Source: Escherichia coli
GTDB taxonomy: Bacteria; Pseudomonadota; Gammaproteobacteria; Enterobacterales; Enterobacteriaceae
Reading direction: 5' to 3' (one strand)
NCBI RefSeq assembly: GCF_001677475.2
Contig: NZ_CP015229.1
DNA length: 64,000 nt
Under the pieces are notes generated by a model. That model had not been told where the DNA came from. It saw nothing but the letters and a program-made list of their open reading frames with translations, and did not search any database. Position 1 is the stretch's first letter. The number at the start of each line of letters is the position of its first letter. The translations under genes were made by a program, and so were the position numbers. Of this stretch, positions 49,920 to 57,166 are shown in pieces.

Positions 49920-51038
49920 TCAAATAACCAACTTAACCCATTCCTGACCTCGAGTATCGTTATAGCGATCGGTGGTTGCCTGGACTTTATGTCCTAGTAA
50001 TGTTTTTGTATCGATACCCTGTGCACGGTACAGCCGTTCTGATAGAGAGCGTTGTTCATGAAATGTTGGCGGAGTTTTTCCTGCTGGTGGAATTATCCCA
50101 GCCAGATCCCGTGCTTTGGCAAAGTAGTCGCTCAGGTTGTCTTTACTCATCGACTTCGGTTGTTTCTGGTGCCGACTATGGATTAGATATGGACTTAATA
50201 TTCTGTCTCGGCACCCATCAATAACTTCTTTTAACGTTATCCCAATGGCATCACAGCGTAGTGTAAGCGGTAACGCCAGACGCATTCCGGTTTTTCCTTG
50301 GGTGATATGCAAGTGTTCGTTCCACACATCTGAAAAACGCATGTGGCAAATGTCATCACGGCGCTGACCAGTAACAATCGCAAGAAGCATTGCGTTACGG
50401 ATAAAGTGTTTTTCAGGCGTTGCGTTGTAAATTTTTTGCCAGTCTTCCAGGGTGAGTCTGGCTCTGGTTACTTTAGGGATTGGTTTACGGGTAGCCTCCG
50501 GAGGATTCCATCCAGGAGGAACTTCCCCTGCATGCTGTGCTTCTTTATAAATATCAAGCCATAATCCGCGATTTACTCTCGCTGTGCTGACCATGTCTTT
50601 ATCCAGCCACTCATCCAGTATTAATGCAAAGTCTCTTACTTCCAGTTCTTTCAATGGGTGGTTTCCCAGACGGGAAACCAGGAATGCAGCCATTCGCGCT
50701 TTTTCTTTGTGGGTTGTAGCTGCAATATCTCCATTTTTCAGGCGCGCGTCCTGTATTTTCAGATATCGATCAACCCATGCCTTTAATCTGATACCCCGAC
50801 GTTTTGTTGCTGATGGACTTTCATCAATTTTGCGCATGAAATATTCAGCTTCTGCTGCAGCTATTCGCTGATTGGCTGTGGAAGCGATTTTTTCTGCCTT
50901 ACCTTTGTCTGTTCCGAGTCCGTGAAATTTTCCAGTCACAGGATTTTTATACTGGTAGTAAACTCTGCCAGTTCTGCGATCAAACTTTTCGTAAAGACCG
51001 GCTACGTCAGTGCTGTTTTTTCGTGGCCTCGGTGACAT
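49920..51038 (-). CDS. int: Tyrosine integrase (lambda Int family)
   Basis: 372 aa. It has an N-terminal arm-binding-type segment (YYQYKNPVTGKFHGLG) and C-terminal catalytic residues (...HEQRSL..., GHKVQATTDRYND with the Tyr). Confidence 0.93.
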   Translation of the reverse strand: MSPRPRKNSTDVAGLYEKFDRRTGRVYYQYKNPVTGKFHGLGTDKGKAEKIASTANQRIAAAEAEYFMRKIDESPSATKRRGIRLKAWVDRYLKIQDARLKNGDIAATTHKEKARMAAFLVSRLGNHPLKELEVRDFALILDEWLDKDMVSTARVNRGLWLDIYKEAQHAGEVPPGWNPPEATRKPIPKVTRARLTLEDWQKIYNATPEKHFIRNAMLLAIVTGQRRDDICHMRFSDVWNEHLHITQGKTGMRLALPLTLRCDAIGITLKEVIDGCRDRILSPYLIHSRHQKQPKSMSKDNLSDYFAKARDLAGIIPPAGKTPPTFHEQRSLSERLYRAQGIDTKTLLGHKVQATTDRYNDTRGQEWVKLVI

Positions 51039-51276
51039 GAGTTAAAATCTCCTTCAGTGCATCATCATCGCCAGTATGAATTTCCGGCGCAATTCCCGTT
51101 TCACCAGGCCCAACAAATACTGCTCGGCGATCTATCAGCCAACGCCCACGAATTTTTTGTGGTCTTGGAACGATGTATCCTAGTTTTCCGTATTTCACCA
51201 GGGTAGTGTTTGTTATTGGGAGACTGAACCGTTTTGGTTTCCACTCGTCGAGCGTTATCAGGTACTGTTCGCTCAT
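51007..51276 (-). CDS. xis: Excisionase-like protein
   Basis: 89 aa starting at MSEQYLITLDEWKPKRFS...RWLIDRRAV, a lambda-Xis-like pattern. It overlaps the int start. An SD GGAG lies upstream. Confidence 0.7.
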   Translation of the reverse strand: MSEQYLITLDEWKPKRFSLPITNTTLVKYGKLGYIVPRPQKIRGRWLIDRRAVFVGPGETGIAPEIHTGDDDALKEILTHVTEATKKQH

Positions 51277-51337
51277 GGCTATCACTCCGGAACGCGCCAG
51301 TTGCAGAATATCAACGACAACTGGCGACGGTTGAACA

Positions 51338-53809
51338 TTAAAAATCAGCCTGATTCGGGATCAGTTTTTGCCAGATAGCTGAAACGTATTTTGCCTGGTG
51401 ACGAGCGTCATCAAGTGCATTATGGCGCTCACCTTCGAATGGGATAGCAGTTCTGGCATCGAAGTCTATGGTTTTCCCCAGCTCAACGATTGTGCGTACA
51501 TCGCGATCGTTGTAGTAACGCCACGGGCAGGGGATCCCCTGCCGTTCGTATGAACGGCGCAAAATCGTGTTGTCGAAGTTGGCTCCATTTCCCCAGACCT
51601 GAACAAAAAACTCACCGGAGTTTTCGGCGATAAATTCCCGCAATTGCAGTAGTGCATCATCTAACGGGATTTCATCGGTCATAATGGCAGACTGCGCTTC
51701 ACGTGATTGCTTCAGCCACCATTTAATGACGTCACGATCAATGACTCCGCCAGCAGTATCCAGATCGATGGTCTTGCTAAATTCCGGTCCCATATCACCG
51801 GTTTGCGGATCGAAAAATATTGCACCTATTGAGATAATCGGGGCATCAGGATTTTTTCCCATGGTTTCAAGGTCGATCATCAGATGAATCCCCGCTCTGC
51901 TGGTGGATGTGAGATTATGATGACTGTTCATCTTAATTAAGGGATCTGTCGCCTCGCCAGTTTTATTATCGCTGGCGTGATGCTGATTGCCGCCAGGGTT
52001 CTCCTTGTGTGGATGTTCAGCGCCTTCCATTTCCTCCGGATCATTTTCCTGAACTTCAGGCTGATTCTCTTCATCGAATATTTCCTGGTATGTTGCGTCA
52101 CCCATCACCGCGCCACAATCAGGGCAGTTGCCGCCACCGCTCTGACCGCAGGCTGTGCAGACTTTTTCCGGTTCCTGTTGCGCTACTGGCTCAGGTTGTT
52201 TCGTTTCTGGCTCGTTTTGTTGCGTATTTGGGCTGTTTTGTTCCGCTTTCTGGTCGTTCTGTTCCGTTTCTTGCTGGTTCTGGTTCACAGAATCGCGGGT
52301 TTCAATCCCCTTCACCCATTTCGGATCATTCGGATCGCTAATCCCTGCAACAAATTCACCACGTGATACTGCAAGCAGTTCATCGGCGTCATGCTGGCTG
52401 ATATTGGCTGCCTGCATAATTTTGTTTACTTCGTCAGCGGTAACTTTTACCGGCCCTGGTTGTGCGGTCGTGTCAGATGCACCAGTATTTTGTTGTGAAC
52501 CTGAGTATGTACCGTTTTTGCGGGCGAAATATTCTTCTTTCGTGATTTCAGTAGCCCCGGCAGCCAGTGCCTTATCCAGACCAGAAAGTTTGTTTGCGCG
52601 ACCGTATTTTTCGCCATCCTTGTCGGTGAAGAGGAAGTAGAATGGCCCCTCACGCTCTACAGATGGTTCGACTTCCACTTTGCATTCGGTTTTTTCGTTG
52701 TCCGGAATTGCCGTTTCCACTGCATCAGTTTCTGGTACTGGCGACGAGAGAGTATCAGTTGCGCTCTGATTTCTTCCTTCATCTTCAAACACGCCCTTTG
52801 TAGTCAGGTATTCAGTAATGTATTTGTTCAGTGCCACAGGGTCTTTGTGAATGTCGATCGGACGTTCACGAACAAGGCCAAAAATAGTCTGGCGGTCGTA
52901 GCGAAGGGCATCAGGCTGTTTGCGCATTGATGCCGAGATACGCTTCCAGTCTTCGCGGTCGTTGTCGATAACTTCATTTTTTGCCCAGCGATGGATGCTG
53001 CCATCAATGTTTCCGACATCCACATCACCAGGCCAGAGAGCGTAGGCCAGTTCGTCATCCAGTGTTTTCCATGTCTGCTTGTATTCGCGATGAGTGGCAG
53101 CAATGACCGGGCTGATTTTTCCTGTTGAATTTTCAGTGTGCTGTTGATTGGCTCTGGCGCGGGCGAGATCAACAACAGACGTGTATTTTCCGGTTTCCTT
53201 GCGTTCACCTTCGCGACGTTTTTTCCAGATGCGCATCTCTGCCTGAATTTCGGGCCATTTGGCACCAGGCTTACATTTATGCTTAACCCACCCGATGGCA
53301 TGCAGCTTAAGCTCCGGATACATGGCGTTAACTTCTGGCATTTTCATCAACGCTTCAACGATATGTCCGTCGAATGTTGCCATGTCTTCCTGCAACAATT
53401 CCTGCGCGCTAATCACCATATCAACGGTGATGTTTTCACATGTACCGAACTTAACCAGGACCGCGTTCTGTACTTCAAGGGACAGCTTGTCAAAATTGAC
53501 GTTAATAGGATCGGATTCTGGTTCGACCGGAATAAAGGAAGCGGATTCCTCATCCCAGCGGTTTTCCTGCATATATTCGGTATCCCAGGAGTCGATAGCA
53601 GGGCGGGGCATGCCGGGTTTATCTTCGCAGACAAGAAATTTATAAGCGCAGTCCTGAGCAGCAGGATATTGCTCCAGGAATTGCCAGGTAAATTTGGCAC
53701 GGGCGCGGCGTTCATCACCGGCTTCAATGGCAGTGGCTACAGCAACTGCGCCCTCTTCTTTTATTGCCTGTTCGTCCGGAATGGCGGCGCAAATAAAGAC
53801 TTTACTCAT
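51338..53809 (-). CDS. 823-aa multidomain protein: YdfE-like N-terminal region, low-complexity linker, zinc ribbon, C-terminal DEDDh 3'-5' exonuclease domain
   Basis: The C-terminus carries exonuclease motifs MIDLETMG, WGNGANFD and HNALDDARHQ. A CTACGQSGGGNCPDCG ribbon lies at about 52108-52162. The N-terminus MSKVFICAAIPDE... resembles my recollection of K-12 Qin YdfE. Confidence 0.8.
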   Translation of the reverse strand: MSKVFICAAIPDEQAIKEEGAVAVATAIEAGDERRARAKFTWQFLEQYPAAQDCAYKFLVCEDKPGMPRPAIDSWDTEYMQENRWDEESASFIPVEPESDPINVNFDKLSLEVQNAVLVKFGTCENITVDMVISAQELLQEDMATFDGHIVEALMKMPEVNAMYPELKLHAIGWVKHKCKPGAKWPEIQAEMRIWKKRREGERKETGKYTSVVDLARARANQQHTENSTGKISPVIAATHREYKQTWKTLDDELAYALWPGDVDVGNIDGSIHRWAKNEVIDNDREDWKRISASMRKQPDALRYDRQTIFGLVRERPIDIHKDPVALNKYITEYLTTKGVFEDEGRNQSATDTLSSPVPETDAVETAIPDNEKTECKVEVEPSVEREGPFYFLFTDKDGEKYGRANKLSGLDKALAAGATEITKEEYFARKNGTYSGSQQNTGASDTTAQPGPVKVTADEVNKIMQAANISQHDADELLAVSRGEFVAGISDPNDPKWVKGIETRDSVNQNQQETEQNDQKAEQNSPNTQQNEPETKQPEPVAQQEPEKVCTACGQSGGGNCPDCGAVMGDATYQEIFDEENQPEVQENDPEEMEGAEHPHKENPGGNQHHASDNKTGEATDPLIKMNSHHNLTSTSRAGIHLMIDLETMGKNPDAPIISIGAIFFDPQTGDMGPEFSKTIDLDTAGGVIDRDVIKWWLKQSREAQSAIMTDEIPLDDALLQLREFIAENSGEFFVQVWGNGANFDNTILRRSYERQGIPCPWRYYNDRDVRTIVELGKTIDFDARTAIPFEGERHNALDDARHQAKYVSAIWQKLIPNQADF

Positions 53810-53902
53810 TTTGTTTTAACCTCATTACAGATTTAAGGGTGAACAAATCCCTGCCATTGCTGGCATATAAAAATGAAACCGGATATTAATTACGGTGCTG
53901 TT

Positions 53903-54094
53903 TTAAAGTCCTGCCGGTATTTCGTTATTATTAGTGTGAGTAGTTTTATCTACCGGATAACAGTTACCGGGAATTTTTTGTTCTGCTGCTGCAGCCATGC
54001 ATTCTTTCATTGAACCGTATAAGCCAGTCACCAGCTCAAGAGATTCGCCGGAAACAAGATAAACTGTCAGAACGAGTGCAAATGTTGTATTCAT
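53903..54094 (-). CDS. ydfD: YdfD-like small membrane (lysis-associated) protein
   Basis: 63 aa starting MNTTFALVLTVYLVSGESLELVTG. It has an ATGA overlap with the dicB homologue, as in the Qin dicBF operon. Confidence 0.75.
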   Translation of the reverse strand: MNTTFALVLTVYLVSGESLELVTGLYGSMKECMAAAAEQKIPGNCYPVDKTTHTNNNEIPAGL

Positions 54095-54279
54095 TGTTTA
54101 TATCCTTTTTGCAGCAGGTCCAGACGAGCCAGCATTGAAGGAATGCATACTTCATTTAACAGGTCCTGCTCGAGTTTTCTCTGCTTAATGGCGTCTTCAA
54201 TAAATGTTTTGTCTCCAGTGATAACGCCAATTTCGAAACGAAGTTCAGACGTGCTGGCATTACATGATAACTTTTCCAT
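54091..54279 (-). CDS. dicB: DicB-like cell-division inhibitor
   Basis: 62 aa from the internal start MEKLSCNASTSELRFEIGVITGDKTFIEDAIKQRKLEQDLLNEVCIPSMLARLDLLQKGYKQ. It shares FEIGV, EDAI and SMLARL blocks with K-12 DicB. An SD GAGGA lies upstream. Confidence 0.8.
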   Translation of the reverse strand: MEKLSCNASTSELRFEIGVITGDKTFIEDAIKQRKLEQDLLNEVCIPSMLARLDLLQKGYKQ

Positions 54280-54449
54280 TATCGCGTCCTCAACAATGAA
54301 TTTTGTGATGCGGTGCCTGGTGCCTCCAGGTGACGTTAACCAGTTAACAATTAACGCAGGATACAGAGAATCCACCCATAACACTGTTTTTGGTTTTTAC
54401 TGTTCCGCGTGCGCTGAGCCGCATTCACCGCATCACAAAATTCACTTTT

Positions 54450-54508
54450 AAAAAAGGGCGGCAGAGCAGTCACGGAGTAAAACTGATACCGCCAAATGTC
54501 ACCAGAAT
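54450..54508 (-). ncRNA. dicF: DicF small RNA (ftsZ-targeting)
   Basis: The minus strand reads attctggtgacatttggcggtatcagttttactccgtgactgctctgccgcccTTTTTT. This is nearly identical to the K-12 DicF sequence I recall, including the terminator hairpin. It lies 170 nt upstream of dicB, as in Qin. Confidence 0.88.
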
Positions 54509-54821
54509 ATTGATAACAGAGGGCGTTGTAGCGGGGTTGTCACTTAAGCGTATGGTCAACCTGACAACCCGGTGTCCTCAACGGGGAAAGGCGTCCCTCC
54601 CACCCCCGCCATACTTACCGCCGCGCCATTTCGCGGGTCGCCACAACCGGAAGCGCACGGTCGAATTAAATTTAACGACACCGTGCAGTGAGACGAACTT
54701 CGCCGTGCGCTTTCGTGTTGTGTGCCTGCTTTTAACCACGTCAGGCGAGGTGGTTTCCGTCATTCCCCAACGACAGGAAATCTGTATAATCTGGGTATCC
54801 CCAACGATCCAAGGAAATCAT

Positions 54822-54923
54822 ATGACAGAGCAAAGAGCACAAGCAGGTGATGGTGTATGGACCGGGATGATATTCTTGACAGAATTTTTTATGGCTATTT
54901 TCTTGAGCAACTGTTTTCTGTAG
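54822..54923 (+). CDS. Candidate 33-aa upstream ORF with a hydrophobic C-terminus (speculative)
   Basis: MTEQRAQAGDGVWTGMIFLTEFFMAIFLSNCFL. A strong SD AAGGAA lies 5 nt upstream, and TATAAT (54785-54790) about 32 nt upstream. It overlaps the start of the 148-aa ORF in another frame. Confidence 0.3.
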   Translation: MTEQRAQAGDGVWTGMIFLTEFFMAIFLSNCFL

Positions 54924-55303
54924 CGACTGGTCGTCTCGATAAACTTCTCTCAGTAGTGAGTATTATCCTCGGTTCATCTGTCATTGGCGGATTCATTCCG
55001 GAAATTTCTGGCGTTTTTATTGTTGTGATCGCAACCGTCCAAACGATTTATGGATTCGGACAAAAGTCAGGTAATACCATGAGAAAATCCGCAGAATATT
55101 TGCAGCTTTTTGATGATGCAGAAAAATATTCTGATTCGGAATTGAAAATTCAGTTAAAAACTCTGGAAAAAACAGATGATCATATTTGGTCATCACTTAA
55201 AGATATTGCGATCTTAAAAACACAGATCAAAATAGGCGTCTCCATCGAACAACAAGAGAAGTTGCCCACAAAATCCAAATTGATGCGATTTCTTTGTGGT
55301 TAG
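54857..55303 (+). CDS. 148-aa two-transmembrane-helix protein of unknown function (moron, opposite to the dicBF operon)
   Basis: A long ORF in AT-rich DNA, where stop codons should be frequent. An SD AGGTGA lies upstream. Two adjacent hydrophobic helices (LLSVVSIILGSSVIGGF and ISGVFIVVIATVQTIYGF) are followed by a charged helical tail of about 80 aa. Confidence 0.7.
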   Translation: MDRDDILDRIFYGYFLEQLFSVATGRLDKLLSVVSIILGSSVIGGFIPEISGVFIVVIATVQTIYGFGQKSGNTMRKSAEYLQLFDDAEKYSDSELKIQLKTLEKTDDHIWSSLKDIAILKTQIKIGVSIEQQEKLPTKSKLMRFLCG

Positions 55304-55392
55304 GAATATCCAGATTGTTAAAGAGCATGCCGGAGGTTTATCCGTGTCCGGCGCACGCACTTCATCTGCGGAGAACTACTTGAGCTCATTGG

Positions 55393-55608
55393 TCAGTAGT
55401 TTTCAATCACTCGCGAAACGTTTAATGCCGCGCTTTTTGCCAGAGTGGTAATATCCTGCTCCGCTGACACCAGTTCTTTAGAGAGGCGCTCTTTGTAGTC
55501 AGCGGCCTGCTTCAGGTCATTAATGGCGCGTATCTTTCCGCACATCCATTCGTAAATTTCATCCTCGGTATAGTCTGGTGCGATGATGACGGGTTCTCGT
55601 TTCTGCAT
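55393..55608 (-). CDS. ydfC: YdfC-like protein
   Basis: 71-aa ORF starting MQKREPVIIAPDYTEDEIYEW, in the position of ydfC in the Qin dicBF operon. Confidence 0.65.
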   Translation of the reverse strand: MQKREPVIIAPDYTEDEIYEWMCGKIRAINDLKQAADYKERLSKELVSAEQDITTLAKSAALNVSRVIENY

Positions 55609-55637
55609 ACTGATTCCTCGCGGTGCCGCTTCGCTTA

Positions 55638-55766
55638 TCAGCCGTTAGATTTTGCCGAACTGGAAAGCGCCTGTTTAAACTCACTGAAGCTGAGAGCTTC
55701 TTCGCCTTCGGCAAGGTCTTCGAAGTATTCTTCGTAAGCCTTTTCCATGATTGCGTCGAAATCCAT
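55638..55766 (-). CDS. ydfB: YdfB-like 42-aa protein
   Basis: Manual translation gives MDFDAIMEKAYEEYFEDLAEGEEALSFSEFKQALSSSAKSNG. It is below the ORF-track size cutoff and replaces the implausible basic 70-aa ORF 55559..55771. Confidence 0.7.
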   Translation of the reverse strand: MDFDAIMEKAYEEYFEDLAEGEEALSFSEFKQALSSSAKSNG

Positions 55767-55767
55767 A

Positions 55768-55923
55768 TCACTCACCTGAATTTCTTTCCAGCCAGCGACG
55801 AGCGCCAGTTTCGGTTTTAAACGTTTTACTTTTGGTATACGTCATCGCGGTGAATGTGCCGTCCTGGTTGGGAAACACGCCGTACACCAGAGATTCGTTG
55901 TTGCCAAGATCGATAGTATCCAT
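55768..55923 (-). CDS. ydfA: YdfA/YdaF-like (DUF1391) 51-aa protein
   Basis: Internal start MDTIDLGNNESLVYGVFPNQDGTFTAMTYTKSKTFKTETGARRWLERNSGE, with an SD GGGGAAATGAGG upstream. Confidence 0.7.
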   Translation of the reverse strand: MDTIDLGNNESLVYGVFPNQDGTFTAMTYTKSKTFKTETGARRWLERNSGE

Positions 55924-56104
55924 GTTGACCTCATTTCCCCTTAACGCTGGGGTAGCGGAACTAAAAACCTGCTGCGCTGTTATACAAAGTGTTCCCGCCG
56001 TCATGTTCATACGCCTCGGGCTGGCTACTTAATCCCTGACCACTACCGGGTAACTCTAGGTATTGCCCTGTATTGTGTGGGACGGGATGGGTTGGTATGG
56101 GAAA

Positions 56105-56147
56105 ACTATAGGAAATGCCTAATTGCTTGTCAATAGGCTATGCCTAA
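56105..56147 (-). promoter_or_regulatory. PL-like promoter with OL operators
   Basis: On the minus strand: TTGACA (56128-56133), 17-nt spacer, TATAGT (56105-56110). Operator-like 15-mers ataggctatgcctaa (56133-56147) and ataggaaatgcctaa (56108-56122) overlap it. Confidence 0.6.
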
Positions 56148-56241
56148 TGATTTGGGTGCGACCTAATAGGTGATGGTTTGTGGGAGAGGTAGTAGGAGTT
56201 AACTAACGGGAACTAGGAATTTCCCGTCGGACCATATAAGT

Positions 56242-56718
56242 TTAAGTTCCTGTCTTGGTGATGTTCTGGCTTTTCCGTTTTGATTCTTGATTTTTCAGAT
56301 AGTTAGCTACCTTCATTTCCATTGCGGCAATGTAGGCGCGAACGTCATGATCAACCCAACTAGGCTCCGTAGCATTTCCAGATAAGAGGAAAGCCACAAT
56401 TGCTCTTTTTTCATCAGAGGCGGCTTGATAAAGGCTGTTTATGTCTAAAAGTTCACTTTTTGTATCTGAAGTGGATGGGGTTGGTATGGGGTATTCGTTA
56501 AGCCCCCAATGCTCTGGACCAACCACATCAGAAAAGAAACGCCATAGTTCTGGAAGTTTGTCTTTACTTATCGAACCTTTCTTAATCCAGTCATGGATTG
56601 ATGGTGGTTGGACTTTGAAATGACGTGCGATTTCCGCCTTTGATTTGACGGCTCCTGATGCAATTTTTTTGTTAATGGCCTGCTCTATCGCTCGGCCTAA
56701 GTCTTTACCACTAAGCAT
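56242..56718 (-). CDS. racR: Prophage repressor, RacR-like
   Basis: 158 aa starting MLSGKDLGRAIEQAINKKIASGAVKSKAEIARHFKVQPPSIHDWIKKGS (HTH). It is divergent from the ydaS/ydaT homologues, as in Rac. Confidence 0.8.
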   Translation of the reverse strand: MLSGKDLGRAIEQAINKKIASGAVKSKAEIARHFKVQPPSIHDWIKKGSISKDKLPELWRFFSDVVGPEHWGLNEYPIPTPSTSDTKSELLDINSLYQAASDEKRAIVAFLLSGNATEPSWVDHDVRAYIAAMEMKVANYLKNQESKRKSQNITKTGT

Positions 56719-56746
56719 TGCTTAATAGTCTCCTATGCGCATCGCG

Positions 56747-56815
56747 TTAGGCAATACCTACTCTCGAAGCGTTAGGCATAGCCTATTGACAATCACATTA
56801 GGCTAAGCCTAATAT
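56747..56815 (+). promoter_or_regulatory. PR-like promoter with three OR operators
   Basis: TTGACA (56786-56791), 18-nt spacer, TAATAT (56810-56815). The 15-mers are ttaggcaatacctac (56747-56761), ttaggcatagcctat (56772-56786) and ttaggctaagcctaa (56798-56812), spaced 25-26 bp. Confidence 0.6.
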
Positions 56816-56842
56816 TATTGTGTGTTTTTTGGAGTTCATTCG

Positions 56843-57166
56843 ATGAAAAAAGATAACTATTCATTCAAACGAGCTTGTGCTGTTGTCGGTGGGCAATCAG
56901 CAATGGCTAGGCTTTTAGGTGTATCTCCTCCAAGCGTAAATCAATGGATCAAAGGTGTACGTCAGTTGCCTGCTGAGAGATGTCCTGCGATTGAACGAGC
57001 AACAAAAGGTGGTGTCCTGTGTGAAGAACTTCGTCCTGATGTTGATTGGACATACTTACGACGCTCGTCATGTTATTCGCAGAATATGTCGATGAAGCAA
57101 CCAAATGACGAAAACGATCATACCCGAAGCATCAAGAGGCAAATGATTCATGAAAATCAAACATGA
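56843..57166 (+). CDS. ydaS: Cro-like HTH protein, YdaS-like
   Basis: 107 aa from MKKDNYSFKRACAVVGGQSAMARLLGVSPPSVNQWIKG. An SD GGAG lies 8 nt upstream. Confidence 0.75.
   Translation: MKKDNYSFKRACAVVGGQSAMARLLGVSPPSVNQWIKGVRQLPAERCPAIERATKGGVLCEELRPDVDWTYLRRSSCYSQNMSMKQPNDENDHTRSIKRQMIHENQT

Noticed and set aside
53138-53836. 232-aa plus-strand ORF antisense to the 823-aa exonuclease fusion gene
   Set aside because: It is fully nested antisense to a long ORF with recognisable DEDDh motifs. It has no SD and a low-complexity sequence.
54520-54780. Possibility that the structured GC-rich segment is a retron msr/msd paired with the 2TM effector
   Set aside because: No reverse-transcriptase gene is present anywhere nearby, and I could not find flanking a1/a2 inverted repeats. 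A 9-nt match (ggtcaacct) to the Ec86 msr that I remember is too short to mean anything.
54390-54923. 177-aa plus-strand ORF (and a 61-aa minus-strand ORF at 54578-54763) across dicF and the GC-rich stretch
   Set aside because: It runs through the DicF sRNA and hairpin-rich DNA, and its product is basic and Pro/Arg-rich with no domain-like features. Only its last 33 codons, which have their own strong SD, are kept as a speculative upstream ORF.
55559-55771. 70-aa minus-strand ORF from the ORF track
   Set aside because: Another frame of the same strand encodes a 42-aa acidic protein matching YdfB (55638-55766) with proper operon spacing. The 70-aa product is basic and implausible.
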